In this document: piece after piece, positions 19,282 through 28,783 of the stretch
Position numbering within the stretch: the stretch's first letter is position 1
Layout: every line of letters begins with the position of its first letter
DNA from: Treponemataceae bacterium
GTDB lineage: Bacteria; Spirochaetota; Spirochaetia; Treponematales; Rectinemataceae
Assembly (NCBI GenBank): GCA_963677895.2
Contig: CAXXGJ010000038.1
Location: 448,001-512,000 of the forward strand
Length of the DNA: 64,000 nucleotides
Direction of reading: 5' to 3'
Program-made: the position numbers and the translations under genes
The notes under the pieces: model-generated
What the model saw: only the letters and a program-made list of their open reading frames with translations
What the model was told of the DNA's origin: nothing
Databases searched by the model: none

Positions 19282-20195
19282 CAGCGTCCTCCCGCGGCAT
19301 TGCCGGCAAGTCCGTTCTGACCGGTGCCGCCGGACGACGAGGCGAGCGGATCCATATCCTTCTCGATATGGTGTTCCTTGGGTTTCCTCAGCGCGAAAAG
19401 GAATACGGAAATGGCGGTGAGGAGGGTTACCGTCATGGAGATCGCCGAAGCCAGCGGCCAGTTCCGCGTCTTCGTCAGCTGGTCGGCTATGACATTGCCG
19501 AGCATGTAGGAATCCTTGCCTCCGATAAGGAGGGGCACGGCGTAAGCGCCGAATATCGGGATGAAGGTGAAGAGGATGGAGGTGACGATGCCGCCCTTGA
19601 TGTTGGGGAGCATCACCTTTATGTACGACTGCATCTTGGAGGCGCCGAGATCGCGGGCAGCCTCGAGCAGCGTGAAATCGAACTTATCGATGGTCGAGAA
19701 GAGCGGGAGAATGGCGTAGGGAAGATACATGTAGACCAGGACAAGGACGACGGCTCCCTGGTTGTAGAGGAACTGGACTCCTTCGGGCCTGAATCCGAGA
19801 AACCGAAGCGCCTGGTTGACGAAACCTTCGTTCCCCAGGATGGCGATCCACGCGTAGCAGCGGACGAGAAAGTTCGTCCAGAAGGGGACGATGACGAGAA
19901 AGAGCCTCAGCGCCTGGTTTTTCGAACGGGCGATGCTGTAGCCACAGGGCAAGGCGATGAGCATCGTGATGAGAGTGGCCACGAAGGACATCCACAGGGT
20001 TCTCAAGGTTACGAGGAGAAGCGTCGGGTTGGCCATGTCTGTGTATGCCTGCAGACTGAGGTGGAGTTCGACGCCGCCGTAGAGTCCTTTTTTGAGGAAG
20101 GAGTACGCGATGATGATGAGCAGAGGCGCCGCGAAGAAAACCGTCAGCCACAATGCCTGGGGCGCGGTGTAAGCCATGCCATAGTTGCGCTTCAT
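19281..20195 (-). CDS. potB: Spermidine/putrescine ABC permease
   Basis: PFWTNFLVR, YMYLPY, EAARDLGA and RNWPLASA. Confidence 0.9.
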   Translation of the reverse strand: MKRNYGMAYTAPQALWLTVFFAAPLLIIIAYSFLKKGLYGGVELHLSLQAYTDMANPTLLLVTLRTLWMSFVATLITMLIALPCGYSIARSKNQALRLFLVIVPFWTNFLVRCYAWIAILGNEGFVNQALRFLGFRPEGVQFLYNQGAVVLVLVYMYLPYAILPLFSTIDKFDFTLLEAARDLGASKMQSYIKVMLPNIKGGIVTSILFTFIPIFGAYAVPLLIGGKDSYMLGNVIADQLTKTRNWPLASAISMTVTLLTAISVFLFALRKPKEHHIEKDMDPLASSSGGTGQNGLAGNAAGGR

Positions 20196-21295
20196 GACGC
20201 GTTCTTCTCCACGATCACCAGATCGCGCGCGCTGAACGACAGGAAGACTTCATCCTTCCACTCGATGTCGGGGATGCCCTCAGACCAGTTGGCGTGCTGG
20301 CGGAAAATGGTGATCCGCGATCCCGCGTCGGTCCGCACGACGTATTTTGTCTGAAAACCGGAATAGACCGGCTCTTCCACGATGCCGTGGACGACATTGA
20401 GTTCCTTTCCCGACGGTTTGTCGTTGGTGATGCGGATTTTTTCCGGCCTGATCGTCACGATGATTCTGTCGCCCACATCGACCGGTGTTTCGTCGTCGAC
20501 GAGCATCTCGCCGAAGGCTTCGGCGTCCATGACATTGAGCGTACCCTCTCTCGAAAGCACCCTGCCCTGAAAGACATTGGCCTCGCCTATGAACCTCGCC
20601 ACGAACTCCGTGGCCGGATTTTCGTAGATCTGCTGCGGCGAGCCCACCTGGAGGACGTTCCCCGCGTTCATGACGGCTATCCTATCGGAGACCGAAAGCG
20701 CTTCCTGCTGATCGTGGGTGACGTAGATGAAGGTGATGCCGACCTTGTCGTGGATGGAATCCAGCTCCATGAGCATGTGCTGCCTGAGCTTGGCGTCCAG
20801 CGCCGAAAGAGGCTCGTCGAGAAGGAGGACGGAGGGTTCGTTGATGAGCGCCCTCGCTATGGCGACCCTCTGCTTCTGCCCGCCCGACAGCTGGCTCGGC
20901 TTCTTTTCGGCATGGCTCTCGAGCTGCACGAGGGAGAGATATTTCATCACGAGCTCTTTGATAAGCCTGTTCGGAGTCTTCTTTATGCGCAGGGGAAAAG
21001 CCACGTTTTCGTATACGCTGAGATGAGGAAAGAGGGCGTAGCTCTGAAAAACCGTGTTGCAGCGCCTTTTGTCCGGCGGAAGCCCCGACACGTCGGTCCC
21101 GTCTATGCTTATGATCCCCGAGTCGGGTTCTTCAAATCCCGCGATCGCCCGGAGCAGGGTTGTCTTCCCGCAGCCGGAAGGGCCCAGGAGGGAGAAGAAT
21201 TCGCCTTTGTGGATATCCAGGCTGACATCTTTCAGCGCGCTGAAGGTGCCGAAGGACTTGGATACGTTTGAAACGGTAACATCCGATCCTTTCAC
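20192..21295 (-). CDS. potA: Spermidine/putrescine ABC ATPase
   Basis: GPSGCGKT, LSGGQKQR, LLDEP, VTHDQ and a TOBE C-terminus; GTG start. Confidence 0.93.
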   Translation of the reverse strand: MKGSDVTVSNVSKSFGTFSALKDVSLDIHKGEFFSLLGPSGCGKTTLLRAIAGFEEPDSGIISIDGTDVSGLPPDKRRCNTVFQSYALFPHLSVYENVAFPLRIKKTPNRLIKELVMKYLSLVQLESHAEKKPSQLSGGQKQRVAIARALINEPSVLLLDEPLSALDAKLRQHMLMELDSIHDKVGITFIYVTHDQQEALSVSDRIAVMNAGNVLQVGSPQQIYENPATEFVARFIGEANVFQGRVLSREGTLNVMDAEAFGEMLVDDETPVDVGDRIIVTIRPEKIRITNDKPSGKELNVVHGIVEEPVYSGFQTKYVVRTDAGSRITIFRQHANWSEGIPDIEWKDEVFLSFSARDLVIVEKNAS

Positions 21296-21406
21296 CGCTC
21301 CACGTCTCCTTTATGCATTAATATGTTCACAGCAAGGTATAGTATCAGAGAAGTTCGGGGTCAATATCCAAACGTATCTTTATTCGAAAACTTTTCGGCG
21401 GCTCAA

Positions 21407-21483
21407 GCTCGCTTCAGGCTCGCTCGGGGCGCACTTCGGATTCGCTTCGAGCGCGCTTAGGGCTCACTTCAGGCTCGTTTCAA
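21407..21483. repeat. Degenerate 11-bp tandem repeat x7 (consensus GCTCRCTTCRG)
   Basis: gctcgcttcag|gctcgctcggg|gcgcacttcgg|attcgcttcga|gcgcgcttagg|gctcacttcag|gctcgtttcaa. Confidence 0.75.
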
Positions 21484-23140
21484 GCTGGGCGAACACTTTC
21501 CGGACGATTTCCTCGGCTTCCCGGCCCAGCTGGGAGGATTCCCGGCTCAGGGAAGCGGAAAAGGCCTCGTCCGAAATGGAACCCAGGTTTATCCGAACAT
21601 TGAGGAGGGCGCCATCCAGACCGGCCTTGGCCATGAGAACGCCGACAGCGCCGTCGGTCACGGAATTCCTGTTCCCCTTCTCCACGGCGAGGAGGCAATG
21701 CCGCATCGCCTCCAGACAGGTCCTGGCTGTTCCCATGGGGACGAGGGCCGCGGTCCTGTTCGCTTCATCCATCCTGCCGGCGCGGAGGGCCTTTTGCGCC
21801 TCGCTGCCCTTGGGGAGGCGGGCGGCTTCGAGCACGGCGTCGAAAGCCTCGGTGTCGCGGTCGACGGCGTCCAGAAGCTCGTCCTTGGTGCGCTGGGCCG
21901 CGGCCGCCATGGCCGCCAGGGCCGCGTAGTGCTCCTCGTAGCCTTTTTTGCCAGCGGTCAGGTTTCCCACCATGGCGGCCAGGGCGGCGCCCATGGAACC
22001 GGCCAGGGCGGCCACCGAACCGCCGCCCGGCGCGGGCGAGTCGCTCGCGACTTCGTCGACGAAATCCACCACCGAGAGGGAGACGAGACGGCCTTTTCCC
22101 GCGTAGGCCCACTCCACGACCTTGTGTCCCGCGTCGAAGGAACTCACCGATTCGAGCCCCAGGGACTGCACGGCTACCTCGACAAGCTCTTTATCGGACA
22201 GCCCGGGACTTTTGCCCATTTTTCGCAGAAAATGGCGGCCGCAGTCCGTTATGGCCTTGAGGGGTATGAGGCCGACAAGCTCCGAACCGGTAGCGAAAAG
22301 ACCGCGTTTATCCGCCTCTTCCCGTATGATTTCGTATACTTCATAAAGCGGGGTTGTGTTGTAGTCGAGCAGATTCACCGAAACCTGGGCGCAGCGGTAC
22401 TGTTCTATGTACCAGCCTATGGCGCGAACGGCCCTGAGGCGGCCCGGAACACGGATGGCGTTGCCCGCGGCGTCCACGGCGGCGCTGCCGTCGGGATTCT
22501 TCGCGGCGCGGCCGCCCTCCCTCACCGTGAGGGCTATGTCGTTGGCGAGTTTCTTGTCCCTGGTGTTGAGGTTGACGTTGTAGGCGATGAGGAATTCGCG
22601 GGCGCCGGTCACCGTCGCGCCCCAGCGGGCGTCGAAAAGCGCGGGACCGAAGTCCGGTACCCATTCGGGATCGCGAAGCTTGGCTTCGAGGCCTTCGTAT
22701 TCGCCGGCCCGGACATCAGCGAGGCTGACGCGGGAAGGCCTGGAGGCGGCTTTTTCGTAAAGGTAGACGGGAAGGCCCAGTTCCTCGGCGAGACGGGCGC
22801 CGAACTGACGCGCCAGGTCGGCGCATTCCTCGAGGGTGATGCCCGATACGGGCACGAAGGGGCAGACGTCCAGGGCGCCTATGCGCGGATGGGCGCCCGC
22901 GTGGCTCCGCATGTCTATGAGGCCCCGAGCCTCGCGGGCGCCCGCGAGGGCCGCCTCCACCACCGCCTCGGGCGAGCCGACGAAGGTGTACACCGTGCGG
23001 TTCGTATCGGCGCCGGGGTCCACATCCAGGAGTTTAACATTGGCTATGGCGCGGATGGCTTCCGCTATCGCCTCGATTTTTTTCTTGTCACGGCCTTCGG
23101 AAAAATTGGGGACACATTCGACAACGGCGTTTTCCGTCAT
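21464..23140 (-). CDS. ftcD: Bifunctional glutamate formimidoyltransferase / formimidoyl-THF cyclodeaminase
   Basis: VECVPNFSEGR, GAHPRIGALDVCPFVP, GAREFLIAYN and cyclodeaminase SDSPAPGGGSVAA, NVRINL. Confidence 0.93.
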   Translation of the reverse strand: MTENAVVECVPNFSEGRDKKKIEAIAEAIRAIANVKLLDVDPGADTNRTVYTFVGSPEAVVEAALAGAREARGLIDMRSHAGAHPRIGALDVCPFVPVSGITLEECADLARQFGARLAEELGLPVYLYEKAASRPSRVSLADVRAGEYEGLEAKLRDPEWVPDFGPALFDARWGATVTGAREFLIAYNVNLNTRDKKLANDIALTVREGGRAAKNPDGSAAVDAAGNAIRVPGRLRAVRAIGWYIEQYRCAQVSVNLLDYNTTPLYEVYEIIREEADKRGLFATGSELVGLIPLKAITDCGRHFLRKMGKSPGLSDKELVEVAVQSLGLESVSSFDAGHKVVEWAYAGKGRLVSLSVVDFVDEVASDSPAPGGGSVAALAGSMGAALAAMVGNLTAGKKGYEEHYAALAAMAAAAQRTKDELLDAVDRDTEAFDAVLEAARLPKGSEAQKALRAGRMDEANRTAALVPMGTARTCLEAMRHCLLAVEKGNRNSVTDGAVGVLMAKAGLDGALLNVRINLGSISDEAFSASLSRESSQLGREAEEIVRKVFAQLETSLK

Positions 23141-23316
23141 GGGGAACTCCATCCATCCTGGTATGTCCATCGCGGAAAGCTGATGGAACTGAGCCCCCAT
23201 TATGGACGATTTTTCCCCATATGGCTATATGGAAAAGGCTGGCATCCCGGCGCGAAAAGGGCCTGTCCGGGAATCATTTCCCGGACAGGCCCTTCCCTTA
23301 AGCGCGACCGCGACTA

Positions 23317-25233
23317 TCAGAGCGGCTTTTTATCGTCTTTGCCGTAGCTGCGGCTTCTGGCTTTTCGCTCGGGAGCGCCTTCCCTGCGCGGACTAAAGCC
23401 TTCCTTCCTGCCCGCGTAGCCTTCCTTGCGTCCGGCATAGCCTTCTTTCCGACCGGCGTAGCCTTCTTTTCGGGGCGCCGCGGGACCTGGACCCGGACCT
23501 TTGCCATGTCCCGATTCGAAGCCTTCGGGACGGCCGACATTAGCCTCCCGGTGAGGTCCGCGCCTCTCCGCCCCGCGCGGCGCGAAGCCATGGCCGGCAT
23601 GATCGGGGCCTCGGCCCGGACCGCCTCGGCCTTCGCCTCCCTGCGAGTTCTTGGGAACGGCGCGCTTGACGGTGGGAAATCCCCCCGCCCTTCTCGCTTC
23701 GTCGATGATTTTCTCGGCCGATTTGAAGGGAACAGACACGAAGGAAAAGGCATCGTAAATTTCGACGCTGCCGATCATCCCGTCGGAAAGATTGGACAGC
23801 TTCTTTATCATGGTCACGAGGGACCTCGGCGTCAGATGATCCAGTTTTCCCGCGGCGACGAAGAGCCTGCTCGTGCCGGCCTCGTCGACGGAGACCTCGG
23901 TGAGGTCCTTGTACCTGCTCGGATCCAGCTGGTCGGAGAAGCCTTCCGCCAGCGCGGCGGCGAGCGCTTCCTCGGGCTCCAGGGACTCCAGTATGTTCTT
24001 GGCCAGTCCCCGCCAGATTTCGCTGTTGGATGATTCCTCGGCGAAGGTCAGGGCGCGGGCGGCCACTTTCGTGGCGAGTCTTTCCTTCTTGGTGGTGAGG
24101 ATGCTGGCCACTGCCGGCACGCTGACCTTCTTGAGCTGCTTTCCCGACAGTTTTTTTATGCGGAACAGCATGCGGTACTCGTCGGGGGTGACGAAGGTTA
24201 TAGCCGTGCCCGAGTTGCCGGCCCTGCCCGTCCTGCCCACCCTGTGGAGATAGGAATCGGGATCATGGGGAAGGGACCAGTTGATGACATGGGTGAGTTT
24301 TTCGATATCGAGTCCGCGGGCGGCGACGTCGGTGGCGACGAGTATGGACAGTCTCTTGTCCCTAAACTTGCCCAGCACTCTTTCGCGGGCGTCCTGGCTG
24401 AGGTCGCCATGGAGTCCTTCGGCGTCATAGCCTCGCTCGGCGAGAGAGCTGGCGAGCCTGTCGGCCTCGACCTTCGTCGCGACGAAGACTATGCCGAAAA
24501 AGTCCTCGGTGCTGTCCACGATGCGGCAGAGCGCCTCGAGCCTGTCCCTCGAATGCACTTCGATCCAGAGCTGCTCCGCGAGCTGCGTCGGCAAGGTGTC
24601 GGTCTCGTCTTCCAGGATCTCGATGTCGCCGGTTCTTTCCCTCACGATATCGAGAACGGCCGGAGCCAGCGTCGCGGAGAACAGAAGCATCCTCACGTCG
24701 GTGTTCATCGTCTCCATGACGGCCCGGATATCGTCGATGAAGCCCATGTCGAGCATTTCGTCGGCTTCGTCGAGAATGAAGAATTTCAGGTGTGATACGT
24801 CGAGGCTGCCCCGTCCGATGTGGTCGAGCACTCTTCCGGGCGTGCCCACGACGATATCGACTCCCTGGGCAAGTCTGCGCAGCTGTTCCCCGATGGAGGC
24901 GCCGCCGTACACGCAGGCGAGCCTGGGCTTAGCGCCGTGCTTTAATGAGGAAATCTCCTCGGTCACCTGCAATGCCAGTTCGCGGGTGGGAACCAGGATG
25001 AGGGCTGAGGCGGGGGTTCTTCCGATCGGGCCATCGGTGCCGATGGTCTCTATGAGGGGAATTCCGAAAGCGGCCGTTTTACCGGTACCGGTGCGAGCGC
25101 GGGCCGCGATGGCCGGGCCGGGTACCAAAAGCCTTGGAATGGCGAGAGCCTGGATAGGTGTCGGCTCTTCAAACCCTTTTTTTGCCAGGGTTTCCAGCAT
25201 TGCGGGCGATAGCCCGAGTGATTCAAATGTCAT
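23317..25233 (-). CDS. DEAD-box RNA helicase with DbpA RNA-binding domain (DeaD/CshA-like)
   Basis: Q motif, GTGKT, PTRELA, DEAD, SAT, HRVGRTGRAG, DbpA-like region and an R/G-rich tail. Confidence 0.93.
   Translation of the reverse strand: MTFESLGLSPAMLETLAKKGFEEPTPIQALAIPRLLVPGPAIAARARTGTGKTAAFGIPLIETIGTDGPIGRTPASALILVPTRELALQVTEEISSLKHGAKPRLACVYGGASIGEQLRRLAQGVDIVVGTPGRVLDHIGRGSLDVSHLKFFILDEADEMLDMGFIDDIRAVMETMNTDVRMLLFSATLAPAVLDIVRERTGDIEILEDETDTLPTQLAEQLWIEVHSRDRLEALCRIVDSTEDFFGIVFVATKVEADRLASSLAERGYDAEGLHGDLSQDARERVLGKFRDKRLSILVATDVAARGLDIEKLTHVINWSLPHDPDSYLHRVGRTGRAGNSGTAITFVTPDEYRMLFRIKKLSGKQLKKVSVPAVASILTTKKERLATKVAARALTFAEESSNSEIWRGLAKNILESLEPEEALAAALAEGFSDQLDPSRYKDLTEVSVDEAGTSRLFVAAGKLDHLTPRSLVTMIKKLSNLSDGMIGSVEIYDAFSFVSVPFKSAEKIIDEARRAGGFPTVKRAVPKNSQGGEGRGGPGRGPDHAGHGFAPRGAERRGPHREANVGRPEGFESGHGKGPGPGPAAPRKEGYAGRKEGYAGRKEGYAGRKEGFSPRREGAPERKARSRSYGKDDKKPL
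23368..23472 (-). repeat. In-frame 21-bp repeat (RKEGYAG x3 plus two degenerate units) in the helicase tail
   Basis: gccttc recurs at 23377, 23398, 23419, 23440 and 23461. Confidence 0.85.
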
Positions 25234-25285
25234 TGTACAGAATTATATGCGAAAAAAGTAAATCTATTCTAGTACTTGCAAAAAA

Positions 25286-25915
25286 TTAGCTCTTCTGAGA
25301 CAACAAAAATCGTCCAAGATCCTCCTGGCTATTGATGCTGCAGAAAAGCCGCCAATCCGGGGAAAAACCCCTCGCGATATCTTCGGGCACGATATAGTGC
25401 GGAGCCTCCTTTATAAGCCTCGCGAAGGAAAAATGTCCGGGAGAGCCGGGACTCTCGGCGAAAATATCTTCCAGCCGCCCGAGCAGCTTGCGGGAATAGA
25501 GCCCCTGAAAAGGCTCGATGTGGCGGCCGGATTGGGCGACGACCGCCTGCGGGATTCCGGTTCCGGCGCAGCCGAGGAGATAGCTCAGCCATTCGCGGCT
25601 AAAAACAGGCATATCGCAGGCCATGAGATAGAGCCATTCGGTTCCGGAACGGGACAGGGCCGCATGCAGCCCCGAAAGCGGGCCGAATCCGGGGATGAGG
25701 TCCTCGGCGAAAGCGACGGGCAGGCCTTCATAAGGCTTTCTTTTCCTTCCGATGACCGTCACCGCCCGGCCCGTCGCGAGCGCGTTCCTTGCCACCAGCC
25801 TTCCCATGGCTTCGCCGTTGAGCGGGATCTCCTGTTTGTCGATTCCGCCGAAACGGCTGCTTTTCCCTCCAGCCAGAATCGCAATGGTCACCGTCTCAAC
25901 CGCCGTCTCGGCCAC
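25286..25915 (-). CDS. mobA: Molybdenum cofactor guanylyltransferase
   Basis: ILAGGKSSRFG, DK, GPLSGLHAAL, ACDMP and SINS. GGAGG RBS precedes GTG 25915. Confidence 0.85.
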   Translation of the reverse strand: MAETAVETVTIAILAGGKSSRFGGIDKQEIPLNGEAMGRLVARNALATGRAVTVIGRKRKPYEGLPVAFAEDLIPGFGPLSGLHAALSRSGTEWLYLMACDMPVFSREWLSYLLGCAGTGIPQAVVAQSGRHIEPFQGLYSRKLLGRLEDIFAESPGSPGHFSFARLIKEAPHYIVPEDIARGFSPDWRLFCSINSQEDLGRFLLSQKS

Positions 25916-25976
25916 CTTCCCTGCCTCCGAAAAATAACGCTTGCGCCGCGCATTGACCGCGGCTACATTGTCCATA

Positions 25977-26858
25977 ATGCTTGTCGAACTGCTCGGCGCC
26001 GCCGATTGGACGACTCCCCCGCCCGAGATGGAGTTTTCCGCGACCTATGAAGTCCTGCTGCGCGATGTCGCCGAAACCGTCCAGGAGCTTAAAGCCCTGG
26101 AGGGATGGCCTTCCTCTCCTTCCTCCCCGAAATGGCTCGAGGCTCCCGGACTGGCGGTTTTTCTCTATGTCAGGGCGCCCGCCATTGTCAATGTCATGCT
26201 CAACTACAAAATCTGCGTCGAACACGATTTGCCCTTGCATCCAACCCTCTACTACGAACTGAAGGAAGCCAGGAAGTACAGGATCGATTACGACATCGCG
26301 GCCATCGACGAGGCCAATCGGCTATACCGCCGGTCTATAGACCTGGCGAGAGCCGCCCTCCGGCTCGACGCGAGCTTCGGGGAACAGATGGCCTCGTTTC
26401 ACGAGTCTCTGCCCTCGAATCTTCGCGGCTTCGTCTATACGGGCATCAGGGACGCCTACACATGGCGGGGCTCCGACCCCGGACTTCTCGTCCGGCTCGC
26501 CAAAAACATCGAGGAGGAATTCAAGCCCGATATCATCGTCGCCGCCGCCCATGGCTCCATCATGCCGGCCCTGCTCCTCTCGGAACTCATGGAAATACCA
26601 CTCTATTTCATTCGCTTCTCCATGTTCAAGCGCAATGACGAGGAACCGATCCTCACTTTTTCCGATCAGGCATGGCTTTTGGGATTCAAGAGCAAAAAAG
26701 CGCTTCTCTATGACGAAGATGTAGCCGGCGGCAGAACCTTGACCCTGTTCTCGGAACGAATGGCCTCCCTGTTCTCGCAAACCAGGACAGCCTGTTCCAT
26801 TCGCCATGCCGGCGCGACGATAAAACCGGATTTCTGCGCGAAAATCTGGTGGGACTGA
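25977..26858 (+). CDS. Phosphoribosyltransferase-fold protein with uncharacterised N-terminal domain
   Basis: IIVAAAHGSIMPA (PPi-loop-like) and LLYDEDVAGGRTL (PRPP-loop-like). Start uncertain (25977 or 26028). Confidence 0.7.
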   Translation: MLVELLGAADWTTPPPEMEFSATYEVLLRDVAETVQELKALEGWPSSPSSPKWLEAPGLAVFLYVRAPAIVNVMLNYKICVEHDLPLHPTLYYELKEARKYRIDYDIAAIDEANRLYRRSIDLARAALRLDASFGEQMASFHESLPSNLRGFVYTGIRDAYTWRGSDPGLLVRLAKNIEEEFKPDIIVAAAHGSIMPALLLSELMEIPLYFIRFSMFKRNDEEPILTFSDQAWLLGFKSKKALLYDEDVAGGRTLTLFSERMASLFSQTRTACSIRHAGATIKPDFCAKIWWD

Positions 26859-27012
26859 TAGACGGAAAAGCATACGTAAATCGAAAAAATCGCGTATAAG
26901 ACCGCTATTCTATATCATTATATTGATATATATTATATTAGTAAATCACGCTTGTGTTTTCGCTTGACTTTTATCGATAGATAGTTATCATAAATTTACC
27001 TATGGAGAAATT

Positions 27013-27669
27013 ATGACCAATAAGCAAAAGGTTTCCTATGCTCCGTCCATAAGGCGCCTGCCTTCGTATCTGAATATTATCAGACACGCGCAAAGCAACG
27101 GTGACCAGTTCATCTCCGGCACTGTCATCGCCAACGAGCTCAACCTCGAACCCATACAGGTGAGAAAGGACCTGGCGATAACGGGCATCATCGGCAAACC
27201 CAAAAAAGGCTATCCGGTCAACGATCTCGTCCTGGCTATCGAACGCTATCTTGGATGGAATGTCGAACACAAAGCCGTCGTCGTCGGCGCGGGCAACCTC
27301 GGATCGGCGCTCTCGGGCTACCAGGAATTCAAGAACCATGGGCTCAACATCATCGCGGCCTTCGATACCGACCCGTCGAAAGTCGGGAGCACGGTCCATG
27401 GCGTCCCGATCTATCCGCTCGAAAAGCTCGAGGAAATCATCCCCGAACTGCAGGCGGAAATCGCCATCCTTACCGTCCCGTCCCCTTTCGCGAGCAGCAC
27501 CTGCGATAGCATCGTGAAGGCCGGCATCAAATCCATATGGAATTTCACCAACATCAAGCTCAAAGTCCCCGCGAATATCATCGTCTGGCGCGAGGATCTC
27601 TCGTCGGGTTATGCCATGCTCGCGGTCATGATGAAAATCGCGCTCAAGAACGAAACCGCAGAGCTGTAA
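27013..27669 (+). CDS. rex: Redox-sensing transcriptional repressor Rex
   Basis: RRLPSY, QVRKDL, G..KKGY wing, VGAGNLGSAL and IWNFT. Confidence 0.95.
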   Translation: MTNKQKVSYAPSIRRLPSYLNIIRHAQSNGDQFISGTVIANELNLEPIQVRKDLAITGIIGKPKKGYPVNDLVLAIERYLGWNVEHKAVVVGAGNLGSALSGYQEFKNHGLNIIAAFDTDPSKVGSTVHGVPIYPLEKLEEIIPELQAEIAILTVPSPFASSTCDSIVKAGIKSIWNFTNIKLKVPANIIVWREDLSSGYAMLAVMMKIALKNETAEL

Positions 27670-27672
27670 AGC

Positions 27673-28692
27673 ATGTCCTTCCCTTCGGAGAAAGACGCGA
27701 AGCAGGCCGAATATCTCTCTAACCGTCTCGTCAAGAACAGCAGGCAGCTGAGGAAATGGGCTCGCAAGGAAGACATCCACGCGCTCAGAGTTTATGACCG
27801 CGATATACCGGAAATCCCGCTGGCGGTGGACCTCTATGGCGAAAACGAGGATGCCGTCCTCGTCATCGCCCTTTATGAACGCCCCTACGAAAAGGACGAA
27901 GCGGAGGAAGCGGCCTGGCTCGATCTCATGGCGGAGAGCGCGGCCAAGGCTCTGAACGTTTCCCCGGGACATATCCATCTCAAGACGCGCAGACGGATGA
28001 AGGGGCTTTCCCAGTACGACCGCAACGGCGACACGAAGGCCGAATCTTTCATAAGGGAGTCGGGCCTTCTCTTCCGCGTCAATTACTCGGACTACCTCGA
28101 TACCGGCCTCTTTCTCGATCATCGGCCCGCGAGAGCGGCCATAAGGAAAGCCTCGGCCGGGAAACGCGTTCTCAATCTTTTCAGCTACACCGGTTCCTTT
28201 TCGGTCTACGCGGCGTCAGGAGGAGCTTCCCTGGTTGTCTCGGTCGATCTCTCCAATACCTATCTCTCGTGGTCGGTGGAGAACTTCAGGATCAACGGAC
28301 TTGCCGAAACCGTACACCAACCCGTGAAATCCGATGCGATGGAGTTCCTTAGGCAGGCCGCGATCGCGGGCAAAACCTGGGACATCATCATCGCCGACCC
28401 CCCGACATTCTCCAATTCAACGATGGCCAAGGAAGATTTCGACATCAATCGCGACTGGCCTGTTCTCCTGAAGACATGCGCCGAAGTCCTGGCGAAGGAT
28501 GGCACCATTCTTTTTTCCACGAATTCGCGCCAGCTCAAATGGGAGGCGACATCCACCGAACTGCCCTGGAAAGATGTCACCGAGTTCACGATCCCTCGCG
28601 ATTTCAGGAACCGGAAGATCCACCGCTGCTGGCTTTTGGGAAACCTGGACCGACTCCCCGACATTTCCCCGGCATCGGCGGGCAGCCCGTAA
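27673..28692 (+). CDS. 23S rRNA methyltransferase, RlmK/RlmI-type (C-terminal half of RlmKL)
   Basis: RVYDRDIPE, DYLDTGLFLDHR, LNLFSYTG, VDLSNTYL, DPPTFSNS and PRDF motifs. Confidence 0.85.
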   Translation: MSFPSEKDAKQAEYLSNRLVKNSRQLRKWARKEDIHALRVYDRDIPEIPLAVDLYGENEDAVLVIALYERPYEKDEAEEAAWLDLMAESAAKALNVSPGHIHLKTRRRMKGLSQYDRNGDTKAESFIRESGLLFRVNYSDYLDTGLFLDHRPARAAIRKASAGKRVLNLFSYTGSFSVYAASGGASLVVSVDLSNTYLSWSVENFRINGLAETVHQPVKSDAMEFLRQAAIAGKTWDIIIADPPTFSNSTMAKEDFDINRDWPVLLKTCAEVLAKDGTILFSTNSRQLKWEATSTELPWKDVTEFTIPRDFRNRKIHRCWLLGNLDRLPDISPASAGSP

Positions 28693-28720
28693 AATAACTA
28701 TGTATATTTCTAAAAATAAG

Positions 28721-28749
28721 TTGCGTGGGTAATTCTCCCTGGTTATAAT
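28721..28749 (+). promoter_or_regulatory. Sigma70 promoter of the Rrf2 gene
   Basis: TTGCGT-N17-TATAAT with an AT-rich UP-like region. Confidence 0.65.
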
Positions 28750-28783
28750 CGCATTTGCCATTATTTCATAAGGAGAATTAAAA

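Noticed and set aside
21407..21483. Tandem repeat as a CRISPR array
   Set aside because: Units are 11 bp, contiguous and spacer-less, and no cas genes are present.
26900..27012. Rex operator upstream of rex (also sought at 47635-47680)
   Set aside because: The region is AT-rich with loose palindromes, but none fits the 18-bp TTGTGAA-N4-TTCACAA geometry.
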